DNA of 64,000 nt from a virus (IMGVR_UViG_3300023174_000159:2837-66836), one strand, 5' to 3'. Counted from the stretch's first letter, positions 1-9,823 are shown. The notes: generated from the letters alone by a model not told the origin. Numbers and translations: made by a program.

Positions 1-1326
1 TATTTGTCTATAAATTCCAACGAATATACCTTTCCAATAGGTGAATTAGGAAATAATAAATATTTAAAAACTGATGCTGTTGGAAGATTATCATGGAGTG
101 GATTGGGTTCTAATGTTAATTATTTTACATACAACAGTGGTGGTATATTGCCTGTTGGTACTATAATATCCACACTAACATCAACAAATTTAAATACAGA
201 TTGGGTGATTTGCAATGGTCAATCATTAGCTGGTGCAAATTATCGAGAATTATCAGCTGTAATAGGGAATACATATGGTGGGAATAGTGTTAATTTTAAT
301 GTTCCGAATTTAAACAATAGATTGTTATACGGTACAAGTTCAACTCCTTTCAATTCTACAAAATATACATTCACATCTGCAACAACAGCAGCTGCTTTGT
401 CTGCACACCGATCATCATTATCAGCGGTTGGTGTTAACTTTTTCATAAAAGCAAAACCAGATAAAGTAATAAAAGGAACCTTTAGAGTTGAATCACCTTT
501 AAATGTAACAGTAGATGGAACGAATAGAAACAGCACTAATATTCCAGCATTAACCACTCTTGATAGTGATGTTGTGGTTTCTTTACCAACCAGTAACATT
601 AATGTAAGTTCTCCATTAGGTATTACAAAAGGTGGAACAGATTATACTGGAACAAATGTAAGTATTTTTGATGGAACTTTAAACATAACTGGTCCAACCA
701 ACACACTACAAGTTGATTCTCCTTTAAAATTAACAGTAGCAGGAGCTGATCAGACTGGAAATCCAATAAATCCATATATTAATAATCTTAAATTGCAACT
801 GAATACAGCAAATGCAATAACATCAAATTATCCATTAACACTTACAGTGAATGGTGAGGATAAATCAGGTCAGTATGTAGCTTTAGATACACCAAATCAA
901 AATATTAGTATTGATTTGAATTTAAACAATTTTATGAATACGATATATCCAGTTGGTAGTATCTTATTTTCTATTGATGGTACAAATCCTCAAAGTAGAT
1001 TTGGGGGAACTTGGGTGCAAATAGCAAGTGGTAGATTTATAGTTGGTGTTGGAGGTGGCAGTGATGATAATAATCAGGTTAAAACATTCATAGCTAGAAA
1101 TAATTCTGGAGAATATGAACATAAATTAACCATCGCTGAAATGCCAAGACATAATCACACATACGACAAAATAGAAATAATTGGTAATGGTGAGCGTGAT
1201 AATAACTCACAAGCTGGGGTATCATTTACATCAACTGCGACAAATTTCGTTGGTGGAGATGCATATCATAACAATACTCCTCCTGGGTTTGGTATGTATG
1301 CTTGGGAACGAACCGCATTAGCTTAA
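1..1326 (+). CDS. Tail fibre/baseplate protein with tail-collar domain and C-terminal gp10/gp12-like domain (probably 5'-truncated by the window edge)
   Basis: Collar motif LPVGTII...WVICNGQSL...YRELSAVIGNTYGG...FNVPNL; C-terminal IYPVGSI...P.SRFGGTW.Q...GRFIVGVG...HKLTIAEMPRHNH...HNNTPP...YAWERTA. The frame is open from base 1. Confidence 0.8.
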   Translation, partial: YLSINSNEYTFPIGELGNNKYLKTDAVGRLSWSGLGSNVNYFTYNSGGILPVGTIISTLTSTNLNTDWVICNGQSLAGANYRELSAVIGNTYGGNSVNFNVPNLNNRLLYGTSSTPFNSTKYTFTSATTAAALSAHRSSLSAVGVNFFIKAKPDKVIKGTFRVESPLNVTVDGTNRNSTNIPALTTLDSDVVVSLPTSNINVSSPLGITKGGTDYTGTNVSIFDGTLNITGPTNTLQVDSPLKLTVAGADQTGNPINPYINNLKLQLNTANAITSNYPLTLTVNGEDKSGQYVALDTPNQNISIDLNLNNFMNTIYPVGSILFSIDGTNPQSRFGGTWVQIASGRFIVGVGGGSDDNNQVKTFIARNNSGEYEHKLTIAEMPRHNHTYDKIEIIGNGERDNNSQAGVSFTSTATNFVGGDAYHNNTPPGFGMYAWERTALA

Positions 1327-1332
1327 TAACCA

Positions 1333-2160
1333 ATGCCGTTACCAACTGATATTTTATTACCAGGAAATGCTAAATTTCTTAGTTTTGTTGATCCAAAATT
1401 AAGATTAAATCCTCATTATGATATAGTGTGGAGTTTTCAAATAGCATTAACAGGAACCGAACATGCTTTTTCTACTTTTTTAATTAATGATAGTAATTTT
1501 ATTTCAAACCAAGGTCATTACTTGGGGCTTCCAATAGATATCAATGCTATAACCACTGAATTGTTTATACCTATTTCAACTGAATCTGGAGAATATATAA
1601 CAACACAATCAGCATTATCCACAGCATTGCTTAGTATATCTTTTGATACCACTGGATTCAATGCATTATCAACACCATTCAGAGAAGGATTACTTAAATC
1701 TCAAATTAAAAAGAATAGTATAACAATAAGAGATGATAATCAAGCAGTAATATATCACAATGCATTGTCCGCACTTGGTCTTTCTGCAACTGCAACTACT
1801 TTTGTCATGACATCTACACAAAGATATTGGCAAACTTTGAGATTTAGATTATCCAACTTGGGTTCAAAATTAGATATTGATTTGAAACGTGATGTGGAAT
1901 ATACAACAATACTTTCACTTCCTTTGAATATTTCAATGAGAAATGAAAGTCAAACATATGTAGGATTTTCATTCGCATCCCCAGTATCATCAAGTATATC
2001 TCAACCACTATCATCCACTTTATTTTTAAATAATTTTCATATTCAAGGAAACACATCAGAACCAACTTATGAAATTATAGATAATATTCCATTTGTGATT
2101 GATACAGATCCACAATATGAAATTTTTAATAATAATTTAATTATTGCTCCTAAAGAATAA
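1333..2160 (+). CDS. Hypothetical virion protein, beta-rich, possibly lectin-like
   Basis: 275-aa ORF directly after the fibre gene, Ser/Thr-rich beta-strand pattern; function inferred only from context. Confidence 0.5.
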   Translation: MPLPTDILLPGNAKFLSFVDPKLRLNPHYDIVWSFQIALTGTEHAFSTFLINDSNFISNQGHYLGLPIDINAITTELFIPISTESGEYITTQSALSTALLSISFDTTGFNALSTPFREGLLKSQIKKNSITIRDDNQAVIYHNALSALGLSATATTFVMTSTQRYWQTLRFRLSNLGSKLDIDLKRDVEYTTILSLPLNISMRNESQTYVGFSFASPVSSSISQPLSSTLFLNNFHIQGNTSEPTYEIIDNIPFVIDTDPQYEIFNNNLIIAPKE

Positions 2161-2227
2161 TATATTATAATGAATTATTTTAATATTGATAAACAATTAA
2201 AAAAACCTACTAAATCAGTTTGATGCT

Positions 2228-3130
2228 ATGACAGTTTATAAAATTTACATAGCCGCTAATCGTGGCGTTTATAACGTTAATACGGATACAGATATAACAG
2301 CAACCCTAACGGCTTGTGTTGGTTCTGAAATTTATCTAGTATATGAGATGGATAGTGAGTGGATAGCTCATTATAGTTGGACTAGTGTTGACTTTACAAG
2401 TACATATGTTACCAACCCCCTAGGGATAACACAGGTACAAGAGGATGTGCCAATTGTAGCAAATTTGGGTGGTGCTATTGGAGATAGTGAAGCAATAATT
2501 CCAGGTGGTTATGGTGAAGGTTATGTTATTATTGATCCCCCACCTTCTACCATACCTCATGCTGGTAGTCGAGGAAATTTTATAGCTGATTCAGTAGGTA
2601 CGTGGCGTATACCACAGGTTCGATGGAATTTTGACGGATATCCAGATCCAGAATTTCCAGGACCGCCAACCCCAGCATCTGGTGATATATATCCTAATAT
2701 TGCTATCACAGTTGAAGATTGTGGTGAAGGCGGTGGTGGAGGTAACACAACAACTACTAGCACAACAACTACAACAACCACGACACCTAGCCCCAGCGCA
2801 ACGACTACAACACCCAGTCCCAGTGCAACAACTACAACATGTCCTCCATGTCCTCCTTGTCCTAGCACCACGACAACTCTTTTACCAACAACTCTTCCAA
2901 ATCCTCCAATAGATCCAGTAACACCAGCTATATTAAGTTCTATACCATCTACAAATTCTGTTAGAACCATAACATTAGTCGATCCAATATATCCATTATC
3001 ATCTGATGTTGTTTTAACAACAACAACTACGACAACAACGACTACGACAACTACTACATCAATTCCAGTTTTGATATCATCGACGACGTTTGAACCTTGT
3101 GATACCAATTGTAATAAATTGAACTATTAA
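2228..3130 (+). CDS. Thr/Pro-rich mucin-like protein, paralog 1
   Basis: Globular N-terminus, poly-Thr and TPSPSATTT tracts, CPPCPPC, C-terminal CDTNCNKLNY. Confidence 0.75.
   Translation: MTVYKIYIAANRGVYNVNTDTDITATLTACVGSEIYLVYEMDSEWIAHYSWTSVDFTSTYVTNPLGITQVQEDVPIVANLGGAIGDSEAIIPGGYGEGYVIIDPPPSTIPHAGSRGNFIADSVGTWRIPQVRWNFDGYPDPEFPGPPTPASGDIYPNIAITVEDCGEGGGGGNTTTTSTTTTTTTTPSPSATTTTPSPSATTTTCPPCPPCPSTTTTLLPTTLPNPPIDPVTPAILSSIPSTNSVRTITLVDPIYPLSSDVVLTTTTTTTTTTTTTTSIPVLISSTTFEPCDTNCNKLNY
2975..3024 (+). repeat. 50-bp near-identical direct repeat; second copy at 3814-3863
   Basis: ttagtcgatccaRtatatccattatcatctgatgttgttttaacaacaac, one mismatch between the copies. Confidence 0.9.
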
Positions 3131-3147
3131 CAAACAACCACAATTAT

Positions 3148-3960
3148 ATGACAATTTATGGAATTTATGTGTCCGCTCAGATCGGAGTTCGATCTCCTAC
3201 GACTGATACAAATATAACACAAACCTTAACAGCTTGTGTTGATTCTGAAATTTATGCAGTATTAGATTTAAATGAGGAATATGCAATCCACCACCCTAGT
3301 CCTGGTGATGAATATACAACGTTATTTTATACAGATACTTTTGGAAATCCTCAAGTAGATGCTGATAGCGGAATTGGCGATATATCAACACTAATTGGAG
3401 TACCCTATCCTTTTTTTGGATCTACTGGAGGCTTTATTGCAAATATAGTAGGTACGTGGAATATATCTGATATATTCTGGAATTTTGACAATAGGGGATC
3501 TGGTAACATATACCCCAATATTAATATTGAAATTTCAGATTGTAATACCACTACTACCACAACACAAGCTCCAACCACTACTACAACAACTACAACAACA
3601 ACTACACCTAGTCCCAGTGCAACGACTACAACACCTAGTCCCAGTGCAACCACTACTACCACTACTACTACTACTACTACTACCACTACTACTACAACTA
3701 CCACATCTTCACCATACGCAGTTCACACCTCCCAACCCCCACCAATTATTGAACCTTCAATTCCAGCATCTTTAGAACCTATAATTTCTACAAATTCTCC
3801 TAGAACTATAATTTTAGTCGATCCAGTATATCCATTATCATCTGATGTTGTTTTAACAACAACTACGACAACAACTTCTACGACAACAACTTCTACGACA
3901 ACAACTACTCTATCACCAATATTAAAATGCGAACCAGATTGCAATAAATTGGGGTATTAA
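3148..3960 (+). CDS. Thr/Pro-rich mucin-like protein, paralog 2
   Basis: Shares DT.IT.TLTACV.SEIY, FIA..VGTW.I....WNFD, SG.IYPNI.I...DC, LVDP.YPLSSDVVLTTTT and C...CNKL.Y with 2228..3130. Confidence 0.75.
   Translation: MTIYGIYVSAQIGVRSPTTDTNITQTLTACVDSEIYAVLDLNEEYAIHHPSPGDEYTTLFYTDTFGNPQVDADSGIGDISTLIGVPYPFFGSTGGFIANIVGTWNISDIFWNFDNRGSGNIYPNINIEISDCNTTTTTTQAPTTTTTTTTTTTPSPSATTTTPSPSATTTTTTTTTTTTTTTTTTTSSPYAVHTSQPPPIIEPSIPASLEPIISTNSPRTIILVDPVYPLSSDVVLTTTTTTTSTTTTSTTTTTLSPILKCEPDCNKLGY
3604..3700 (+). repeat. 27-bp tandem unit (TPSPSATTT x2) followed by an (ACT)n microsatellite
   Basis: acacctagtcccagtgcaacgactaca repeated, then actactact...; a similar 27-bp pair lies at 2783-2836. Confidence 0.85.
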
Positions 3961-3973
3961 TAAATATGTCAAT

Positions 3974-4903
3974 ATGAGAAAATTGACGATTGGAATGGCA
4001 ACTTATGATGATTATGATGGTGTGTATTTTACAATCCAATCAATTAGAATGTTTCATAAAGAAGTGTTAAATGACATTGAATTTGTAATAATTGATAACA
4101 ATCCATCTGGTAATCATGCAAAACCAATCAGAGAATTAACTGATTGGGTAAAAGAACCAATTCAATATTTTCCATTTATTAAATTTAAATCAACAACTGT
4201 AAAAAATAAAGTTTTTGAAGTAGCTGATACACCATATGTAATGTGTATTGATAGCCATGTTATGTTAGAACCAGGATGTTTAAAAAAATTAATAGATTTT
4301 TATGATGCTGGTCTTGATGATAACAATTTATTACAAGGCCCACTTATTTATGATGATCTATTAAACATATCAACACACTTTGATTTGAAATGGAGCGGTC
4401 ATATGTGGGGAACTTGGGCTACTGATGATAGAGGAAAGGACATAAACTCAATACCATTTGAAATTCCAGCCCAAGGAATGGGATTATTTTCATGTAGAAA
4501 ATCCGCTTGGTTGGGTTTTAACAAAGAATTTCGTGGATTTGGGGGTGAAGAAGGCTATATCCATGAAAAATATAGAAAAAATGGTAAAAAAACACTTTGT
4601 TTACCATTTTTAAAATGGCTTCATAGATTTGGAAGACCTGCTGGGGTTCCGTATGTCAACGATTTAAAGGATCGTTTTAGAAATTATATGATTGGGTTTG
4701 CAGAGCTTGATTTAGACACTACAGAATTAAAAAATCACTTCAGTAATGCTATATCTAAAGAAGATATTGATTCTATAGAACAGGAAAGTATTGTTTTAAA
4801 GAAAGAATTAGATAAACTTACAAATCCAACCATGGTTATCATGAGTCCTGATAATACTCTTCAGGACAAAATACCCAAATTGATTTCAGTATCTACATCA
4901 TGA
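3974..4903 (+). CDS. Glycosyltransferase, GT-A fold (GT2-like)
   Basis: LTIGMATYDD..., FVIIDNNP, YVMCIDSHV (DxH at the DxD position), FRGFGGEE. Confidence 0.85.
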   Translation: MRKLTIGMATYDDYDGVYFTIQSIRMFHKEVLNDIEFVIIDNNPSGNHAKPIRELTDWVKEPIQYFPFIKFKSTTVKNKVFEVADTPYVMCIDSHVMLEPGCLKKLIDFYDAGLDDNNLLQGPLIYDDLLNISTHFDLKWSGHMWGTWATDDRGKDINSIPFEIPAQGMGLFSCRKSAWLGFNKEFRGFGGEEGYIHEKYRKNGKKTLCLPFLKWLHRFGRPAGVPYVNDLKDRFRNYMIGFAELDLDTTELKNHFSNAISKEDIDSIEQESIVLKKELDKLTNPTMVIMSPDNTLQDKIPKLISVSTS

Positions 4904-5100
4904 AGCATTGCTGGATAGCGTTCTTCAATATAATGGTCAATTGCAACAGGCTTTAAAAAATTATCAACATTTAAGTTTAATTGTTCTGCTTTTTCTTGAA
5001 TAAAGTTTAGTGCTTCCACTAAACAAGCCCATCTTGCAAAGGAAACGCTACTCATTTCCTCAACCACATCATTTTTTCTTTCGATTGTTATTTTGTTCAT
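4861..5100 (-). CDS. Hypothetical protein
   Basis: 79-aa ORF converging on and overlapping the GT 3' end. Confidence 0.55.
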   Translation of the reverse strand: MNKITIERKNDVVEEMSSVSFARWACLVEALNFIQEKAEQLNLNVDNFLKPVAIDHYIEERYPAMLHDVDTEINLGILS

Positions 5101-5109
5101 GCTATGATA

Positions 5110-5586
5110 TTAATCTAGTTTTTTATTAATCAAATTTTCAAAAATTGTATTGTTATCTGATGGTTGTGAGACTAATATACTATCGTAACTTACAAAAATT
5201 TTGTATTTTTCTTTACAATGTTTGCATTCTGTTAAATTTTCAGAATTTGGAAGTAAAATTCCGTTAAATAATTCACCATTGCAGCTGCAAGGTATGCTTA
5301 CAACCTGTTCATCTAAAAATGTTTCATATTCTTGAATAACTTCATCTTTTTCAGATATTAAATCAAACAAACGTTGATTATCTTGATCAAATTTATCATT
5401 ATTTTCAATAGGTTTATTATTAGTTACAATAGCATGAATTCCTATAAGTAAAAATATCAAAGAAAATAGAATAAAAAATGAACTTTGAAATGGTATTGAT
5501 GAAAAACTCAAACCATATGAAAATGCAAGCGAAAACAGTATTCCTACGACACTAGGAAACAAATAAATTTTAATATTACTCATCAT
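5110..5586 (-). CDS. Hypothetical membrane protein with C-terminal Zn-ribbon-like motif
   Basis: Two N-terminal hydrophobic helices, short coiled coil, CSC...CKHC. Confidence 0.6.
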   Translation of the reverse strand: MMSNIKIYLFPSVVGILFSLAFSYGLSFSSIPFQSSFFILFSLIFLLIGIHAIVTNNKPIENNDKFDQDNQRLFDLISEKDEVIQEYETFLDEQVVSIPCSCNGELFNGILLPNSENLTECKHCKEKYKIFVSYDSILVSQPSDNNTIFENLINKKLD

Positions 5587-5938
5587 CAACGTCCATTTTA
5601 CCACCTATGCTTTGTTTGTCAAGAATGTTATCTACATTTCTAAAAAGATACATGACTAATTTATCCATATTTTCTTTTAATTTAGCTAATTCCTTTTTAT
5701 CTTTGATATTATTAGATTCTAACAATGGCTCTATGATTTTTGAAGCTTTTATAGCATTTTCAACTATGTTTCCGAAGCATATAGGCAAATCATGCATTTC
5801 ATATGGTAATGATTTTTGAGAATTGTGGTTTTCTTTCTCTTCTTTTTTAAGTTTTTTGAAATTTTCAACATTATCAAAATCAAAATTGATATTTGCTGAT
5901 AAAAAACCTGTAGAATATGGAGAATCTTTGCTTCGCAT
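5576..5938 (-). CDS. Hypothetical protein (start reassigned to MRSKDSP)
   Basis: ATG at 5938 is preceded by TAAATA-N5; the longer ORF-track extension is antisense to 5973..6404. Confidence 0.6.
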   Translation of the reverse strand: MRSKDSPYSTGFLSANINFDFDNVENFKKLKKEEKENHNSQKSLPYEMHDLPICFGNIVENAIKASKIIEPLLESNNIKDKKELAKLKENMDKLVMYLFRNVDNILDKQSIGGKMDVDDE

Positions 5939-5972
5939 ATTATTATTTATCAAATAAACACTAAATATAAAT

Positions 5973-6404
5973 ATGAGCAATTTATACGCTAAAAGATTCA
6001 AGATGATGTTGGAAGCTGATGAAGATCTTTCATTGGAACGAGATGCTATGGAAGCTTCTTTGGATGATGGTACAAATCCAGCTGAATTTGATGCAAATAT
6101 TGATGGTATGAAACAAGCGCAGACCGAAATAGATAACGCTTTTTCTAAGAGAAACCAAGAAATTGTTAATGAATTGCAAGGTTGGCTCAATGAAATACAA
6201 GCATTTTTGAAAATTCTTAATAGTGAAGATAGTACAAGTATGCAGTCTAGACTTGCAAATGCTGAAGCAGATACCATTTTTGATAAAATGAAGCAATCAC
6301 AGCAGACAAAAATATCCAGAGTCGCTTCTGATTTGGCATCATTGGAACAAGCGTTCCTTGGATTTATGGCACAGACAAAAAATCCAAAATATAAATATGT
6401 TTGA
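5973..6404 (+). CDS. Hypothetical late protein, possible head-internal protein
   Basis: TAAATA-N5-ATG; acidic and helical; followed by a terminator. Confidence 0.65.
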   Translation: MSNLYAKRFKMMLEADEDLSLERDAMEASLDDGTNPAEFDANIDGMKQAQTEIDNAFSKRNQEIVNELQGWLNEIQAFLKILNSEDSTSMQSRLANAEADTIFDKMKQSQQTKISRVASDLASLEQAFLGFMAQTKNPKYKYV

Positions 6405-6439
6405 ATTTTGTTGATAATCAACGAGTTACAACTATTATT

Positions 6440-6468
6440 AAACCCAGTAAGAAATTACTGGGTTTTTT
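6440..6468 (+). terminator. Intrinsic terminator
   Basis: AAACCCAGTAA-GAAA-TTACTGGGTTT followed by a T tract. Confidence 0.85.
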
Positions 6469-6503
6469 ATTAATTTTTTCTAGTCTTGGCACTAAATAGT
6501 AAT

Positions 6504-7577
6504 ATGAAATACAAATATGGGCTAATTTGGAAAAGCAAACTACCAAAACTTCAAGGAAAAGAATTAGAGATCCTAACACTTCATTTGGAACAAAAGGTAT
6601 CAGTATTAAAACTTTCCGAGATGTTTGAATGTGACCGAAAACCAATTCAAAATATCATAAAGAAAAATGGATACTCTACTAGACCATCAACTAGTCCAGA
6701 ATTAGATGGTAAAGAATCCGAAATATTAAAAATGTATATTCAAGATCAATTAACCATTCAAACTATTCGTAAAAAGGTTGGTTGTTCATTCAACACGATC
6801 AGAAGATTTTTAAAAAGGAATAATGTTTCTCTTAGGTCAGCAGAAGAGAGTAGAAAGACAGAAAATGGCAGAGTAAAAGGAACCACTCGACGATTAACAG
6901 ACTCTAAAGATTTGTATAATGCTATCGAAATGTATAATAATGGAGAAGTCCTAGAAAAAATTGGGATACTCTATAACATTACACCTAGAGGATTACAGCA
7001 AAAGTTTATAAAAGCTGGTGTAAAAATGAGAACGTTAACAGAATCCGCAAATCTCCCGACAACCTATGAGAGAAAGAAAGATACCAATTTAAAAAATTGG
7101 GGGGTTGAAAATCCTACTCAGAGTTCTGTTATATATGACCGAATAAAAGCAACCAATGTTAAAAAATATGGCGTTGAGTATGTTATGCAAGACACTGATA
7201 TATTTCAAATGGCTACAAAGAATGCTCACCGATTTAAATTTGCAACTATTCATGGTAGACTATTCACCCACTTACAAGGATATGAACCGCAGGGTGTAAT
7301 TTATTTGATTGAACAGATGGGAATTGGTGTAGATGATATCCATACTGGAAGAACAATTCCCAAAATTCAATATTCCTTTGATGGTAAATCTAAGATATAC
7401 TTTCCAGATTTATATATACCATCAAAAAACCTTTTGGTTGAGATTAAATGCGATTATACTTATAATAAAGAATTGGAAAAGAACAAAGCCAAACGAAAAG
7501 CTGCTTTAGAATCCAAATATGATTACCTCACCATCATTTTCAACAATAATGGGAAAGATATCTCTAAAATATTCTAA
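6504..7577 (+). CDS. Putative free-standing homing endonuclease (HTH repeats, KYGVE-type repeats, PD-(D/E)XK nuclease domain)
   Basis: Repeated HTH-like segments; TNLKNWGVENPTQ and TNVKKYGVEYVMQ repeats; YFPDLYIP..NLLVEIK; own TAAATA-N5-ATG at 6504. Confidence 0.7.
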   Translation: MKYKYGLIWKSKLPKLQGKELEILTLHLEQKVSVLKLSEMFECDRKPIQNIIKKNGYSTRPSTSPELDGKESEILKMYIQDQLTIQTIRKKVGCSFNTIRRFLKRNNVSLRSAEESRKTENGRVKGTTRRLTDSKDLYNAIEMYNNGEVLEKIGILYNITPRGLQQKFIKAGVKMRTLTESANLPTTYERKKDTNLKNWGVENPTQSSVIYDRIKATNVKKYGVEYVMQDTDIFQMATKNAHRFKFATIHGRLFTHLQGYEPQGVIYLIEQMGIGVDDIHTGRTIPKIQYSFDGKSKIYFPDLYIPSKNLLVEIKCDYTYNKELEKNKAKRKAALESKYDYLTIIFNNNGKDISKIF

Positions 7578-7603
7578 TATAAACTAAATAATAATACAAC
7601 ATT

Positions 7604-7858
7604 ATGAAAAAGAAAGATCAAGAATCAATTGCTAAGTTATATATGGAGAACAATGCTGCTTCAATGTCTGTACAGGAAATTGTAAATTCTAATATAAGTT
7701 CTGCATTAGATCAACTTCAATCATCAGATTTTAATGGGCGTTCACTTTTAGCTCATATAGAAAACATATTTGACACATTAGATGAAAATAATATACAATA
7801 TGATCCATATGAAGTAGAACCTCTAGTTATCGAATATATTAGATCAAATCCTTCATAA
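7604..7858 (+). CDS. Hypothetical small late protein
   Basis: 84 aa; TAAATA at 7585-7590. Confidence 0.55.
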   Translation: MKKKDQESIAKLYMENNAASMSVQEIVNSNISSALDQLQSSDFNGRSLLAHIENIFDTLDENNIQYDPYEVEPLVIEYIRSNPS

Positions 7859-8965
7859 ATTTTTAAACAAAACGTTAAACTTCAAAATAGCACCTTTACC
7901 ACAGGTGCTATTTTTCTTTATGAAAGAATGTTTTATCTCATCAAGACCACAATGAATACATAATTCATTGAAATCTTTGAATGTCTTAAACTTCTCAGGC
8001 CAAATAAAAACACATTCTCCCATTTCTAATAAAACTTTAGTCTTTTCTTTAGCTGTTTTGTCAATCCACTGGTTATCTAATACCCATATTTTATTATAAA
8101 GCTTCAATTCTTTTAATTGTTCTACTTGGATTGACGTAAATCGATGTTGTCCTTCGTTGATACCCGCTACAGCTACTCCATTACGCACAAAACAGGCATC
8201 CAGCGGTCCTTCGAATATAAATACGTCATCTAGTGAAGGGTCTACCCTTTCTATCCCAAAAATTGATTTATCGGAGTTAATTTTTGATAAATAATTTGGT
8301 TTTTCATCCCATTTAACAAGTTTTCTGGTCTGATAATGAATAAATTTACCAGAAGTATCTAAAAATGGTATAACTAATCTATTTTTATGATTAAAATCAT
8401 TTAAAGATATATAAAATGCGCTTGGTTTATTGATTGCAGTGTCTAATCTACGCAATTTTAAATAATCTAAAGCAGTTTGAACTATATTATTATCTTTATA
8501 ATACTCTAATTGAATAGAATCGAATAAATTAATGCAATCATCTGGTAAAGATGGGCTTTTTTTAACTTTAACAGACTCGTTTATTGACATCACATCCAAT
8601 AAATCATAAGAATCATCTGATATTTCACGACAAATTTCATCATACTTCATTCCAGATACTCTCATAATCCACTTTAAAGGATTACTACTCCAACCGCAGT
8701 TATGACAATAAATTAAATTGTTTTCTGGGATATAAAAACAACGTTTTTTCTTACCAAGGCTTTTACCTTCTTTGCAAATAGGACATGAACATTGATAGGT
8801 ATCGTTATACCTATTGTGTTTTGGATAGAATCCCAATTCAAAAAACTTAGTAACTACATAATCTGTAGGTAGTTCTTCAAATTTTTTGGTTTTCTTTATG
8901 TTGAGTCCTTGCAATATTGCGGACAAATTTTGGGAGTCTTTCAACATACTCAAGTATACCTTCAT
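7853..8965 (-). CDS. gp61: DNA primase (T4 gp61-like)
   Basis: Zn finger CPIC...CHNC; YL..R; RLVIPF; TOPRIM FIFEGPLDA; LDN and KDFNE motifs; exact start uncertain. Confidence 0.92.
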   Translation of the reverse strand: MKVYLSMLKDSQNLSAILQGLNIKKTKKFEELPTDYVVTKFFELGFYPKHNRYNDTYQCSCPICKEGKSLGKKKRCFYIPENNLIYCHNCGWSSNPLKWIMRVSGMKYDEICREISDDSYDLLDVMSINESVKVKKSPSLPDDCINLFDSIQLEYYKDNNIVQTALDYLKLRRLDTAINKPSAFYISLNDFNHKNRLVIPFLDTSGKFIHYQTRKLVKWDEKPNYLSKINSDKSIFGIERVDPSLDDVFIFEGPLDACFVRNGVAVAGINEGQHRFTSIQVEQLKELKLYNKIWVLDNQWIDKTAKEKTKVLLEMGECVFIWPEKFKTFKDFNELCIHCGLDEIKHSFIKKNSTCGKGAILKFNVLFKNL

Positions 8966-9161
8966 TTAATGCAAAGTCAAACTTATCAAATGGCACTTTT
9001 TGATTTTCCATCAATGGAGATGCTAAAAAGTCATAGCATTCTTCATTTTTTGATATCAAGATGAACATCTGCCCAGCATAATCTCCAGTTTGTACAGCAT
9101 ATACACTTCCAAATTTTGGACTTTTTTTAAAAAAGTTAAACAAAAAGTTAAACATAATCAA
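8877..9161 (-). CDS. Hypothetical protein
   Basis: 94-aa ORF within the operon. Confidence 0.55.
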   Translation of the reverse strand: MIMFNFLFNFFKKSPKFGSVYAVQTGDYAGQMFILISKNEECYDFLASPLMENQKVPFDKFDFALNEGILEYVERLPKFVRNIARTQHKENQKI

Positions 9162-9451
9162 CCTTCCATTATTTTTTTATTCATGAAAATACCAAATTCT
9201 TCTATAAATGCATTATCTAATGCTGATTTATCTAACTTAGATTTACTCATGGTGATTTTAACTGGATTTCCATCTATATCATATCCTATTAATTTGAAAC
9301 ATGTTAAAAATTCACTCAGGGATGATGTAATAGCTTGATTTAATATTATTTTAGACGGTTTTTTTCTATCGTCTTGTAATTTCAATTTTAATGAATCTAT
9401 TAAAAGTTTTTTAATCTCTTCATTTGAATAAATGTCATCTCCATCATCCAT
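9158..9451 (-). CDS. Hypothetical protein (start reassigned to MDDGDD)
   Basis: TAAATA-N5-ATG at 9451. Confidence 0.55.
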   Translation of the reverse strand: MDDGDDIYSNEEIKKLLIDSLKLKLQDDRKKPSKIILNQAITSSLSEFLTCFKLIGYDIDGNPVKITMSKSKLDKSALDNAFIEEFGIFMNKKIMEG

Positions 9452-9475
9452 ATAAGTATTTAATGTCACGCAATA

Positions 9476-9823
9476 TTAAACTATAGATTCTTCTTTTTTA
9501 AGAAATGTATGGTCATTATATTTTTGAGGAACCATTTTTTCTAATAAAATTGTAATTATAATTTCCATTGAACTGGTTTTTAAATTATAATTTTTAGGAA
9601 AGAATGCTCCACCATCATTGATTTCAAACATTAAGTCTCCATTGAATTCTTTGTTTTGATAACATGTAATTATCAAACTTCTGCCACCAGGATCTACCAT
9701 AACGCTCCACTTTCTAGGATCTTGTTGACCATAATCTCTGAATAATTTAATTGCAATAAATCCAGAATCGCGGAGTCTCTTTAAGAAGTAACTGAATGTT
9801 GATATTTTATTTTTATTGTTCAT
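9476..9823 (-). CDS. Hypothetical protein
   Basis: 115 aa; ATGA overlap with the upstream clamp gene. Confidence 0.6.
   Translation of the reverse strand: MNNKNKISTFSYFLKRLRDSGFIAIKLFRDYGQQDPRKWSVMVDPGGRSLIITCYQNKEFNGDLMFEINDGGAFFPKNYNLKTSSMEIIITILLEKMVPQKYNDHTFLKKEESIV

Noticed and set aside
2750-3910. CRISPR-like array
   Set aside because: The repeats are coding and lack unique regularly sized spacers; no cas genes
2557-3944. Minus-strand poly-Val ORFs and alternative-frame Gln/Leu ORFs
   Set aside because: Shadows of the ACN-rich poly-Thr codons of the two plus-strand genes
4861-5100. Possible gp33 late co-activator
   Set aside because: Size is plausible but I could not match gp33 motifs; left as hypothetical
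5939-6421. N-terminal extension of the 281-aa minus ORF (5576..6421)
   Set aside because: Fully antisense to 5973..6404; the ATG at 5938 has the TAAATA-N5 signal
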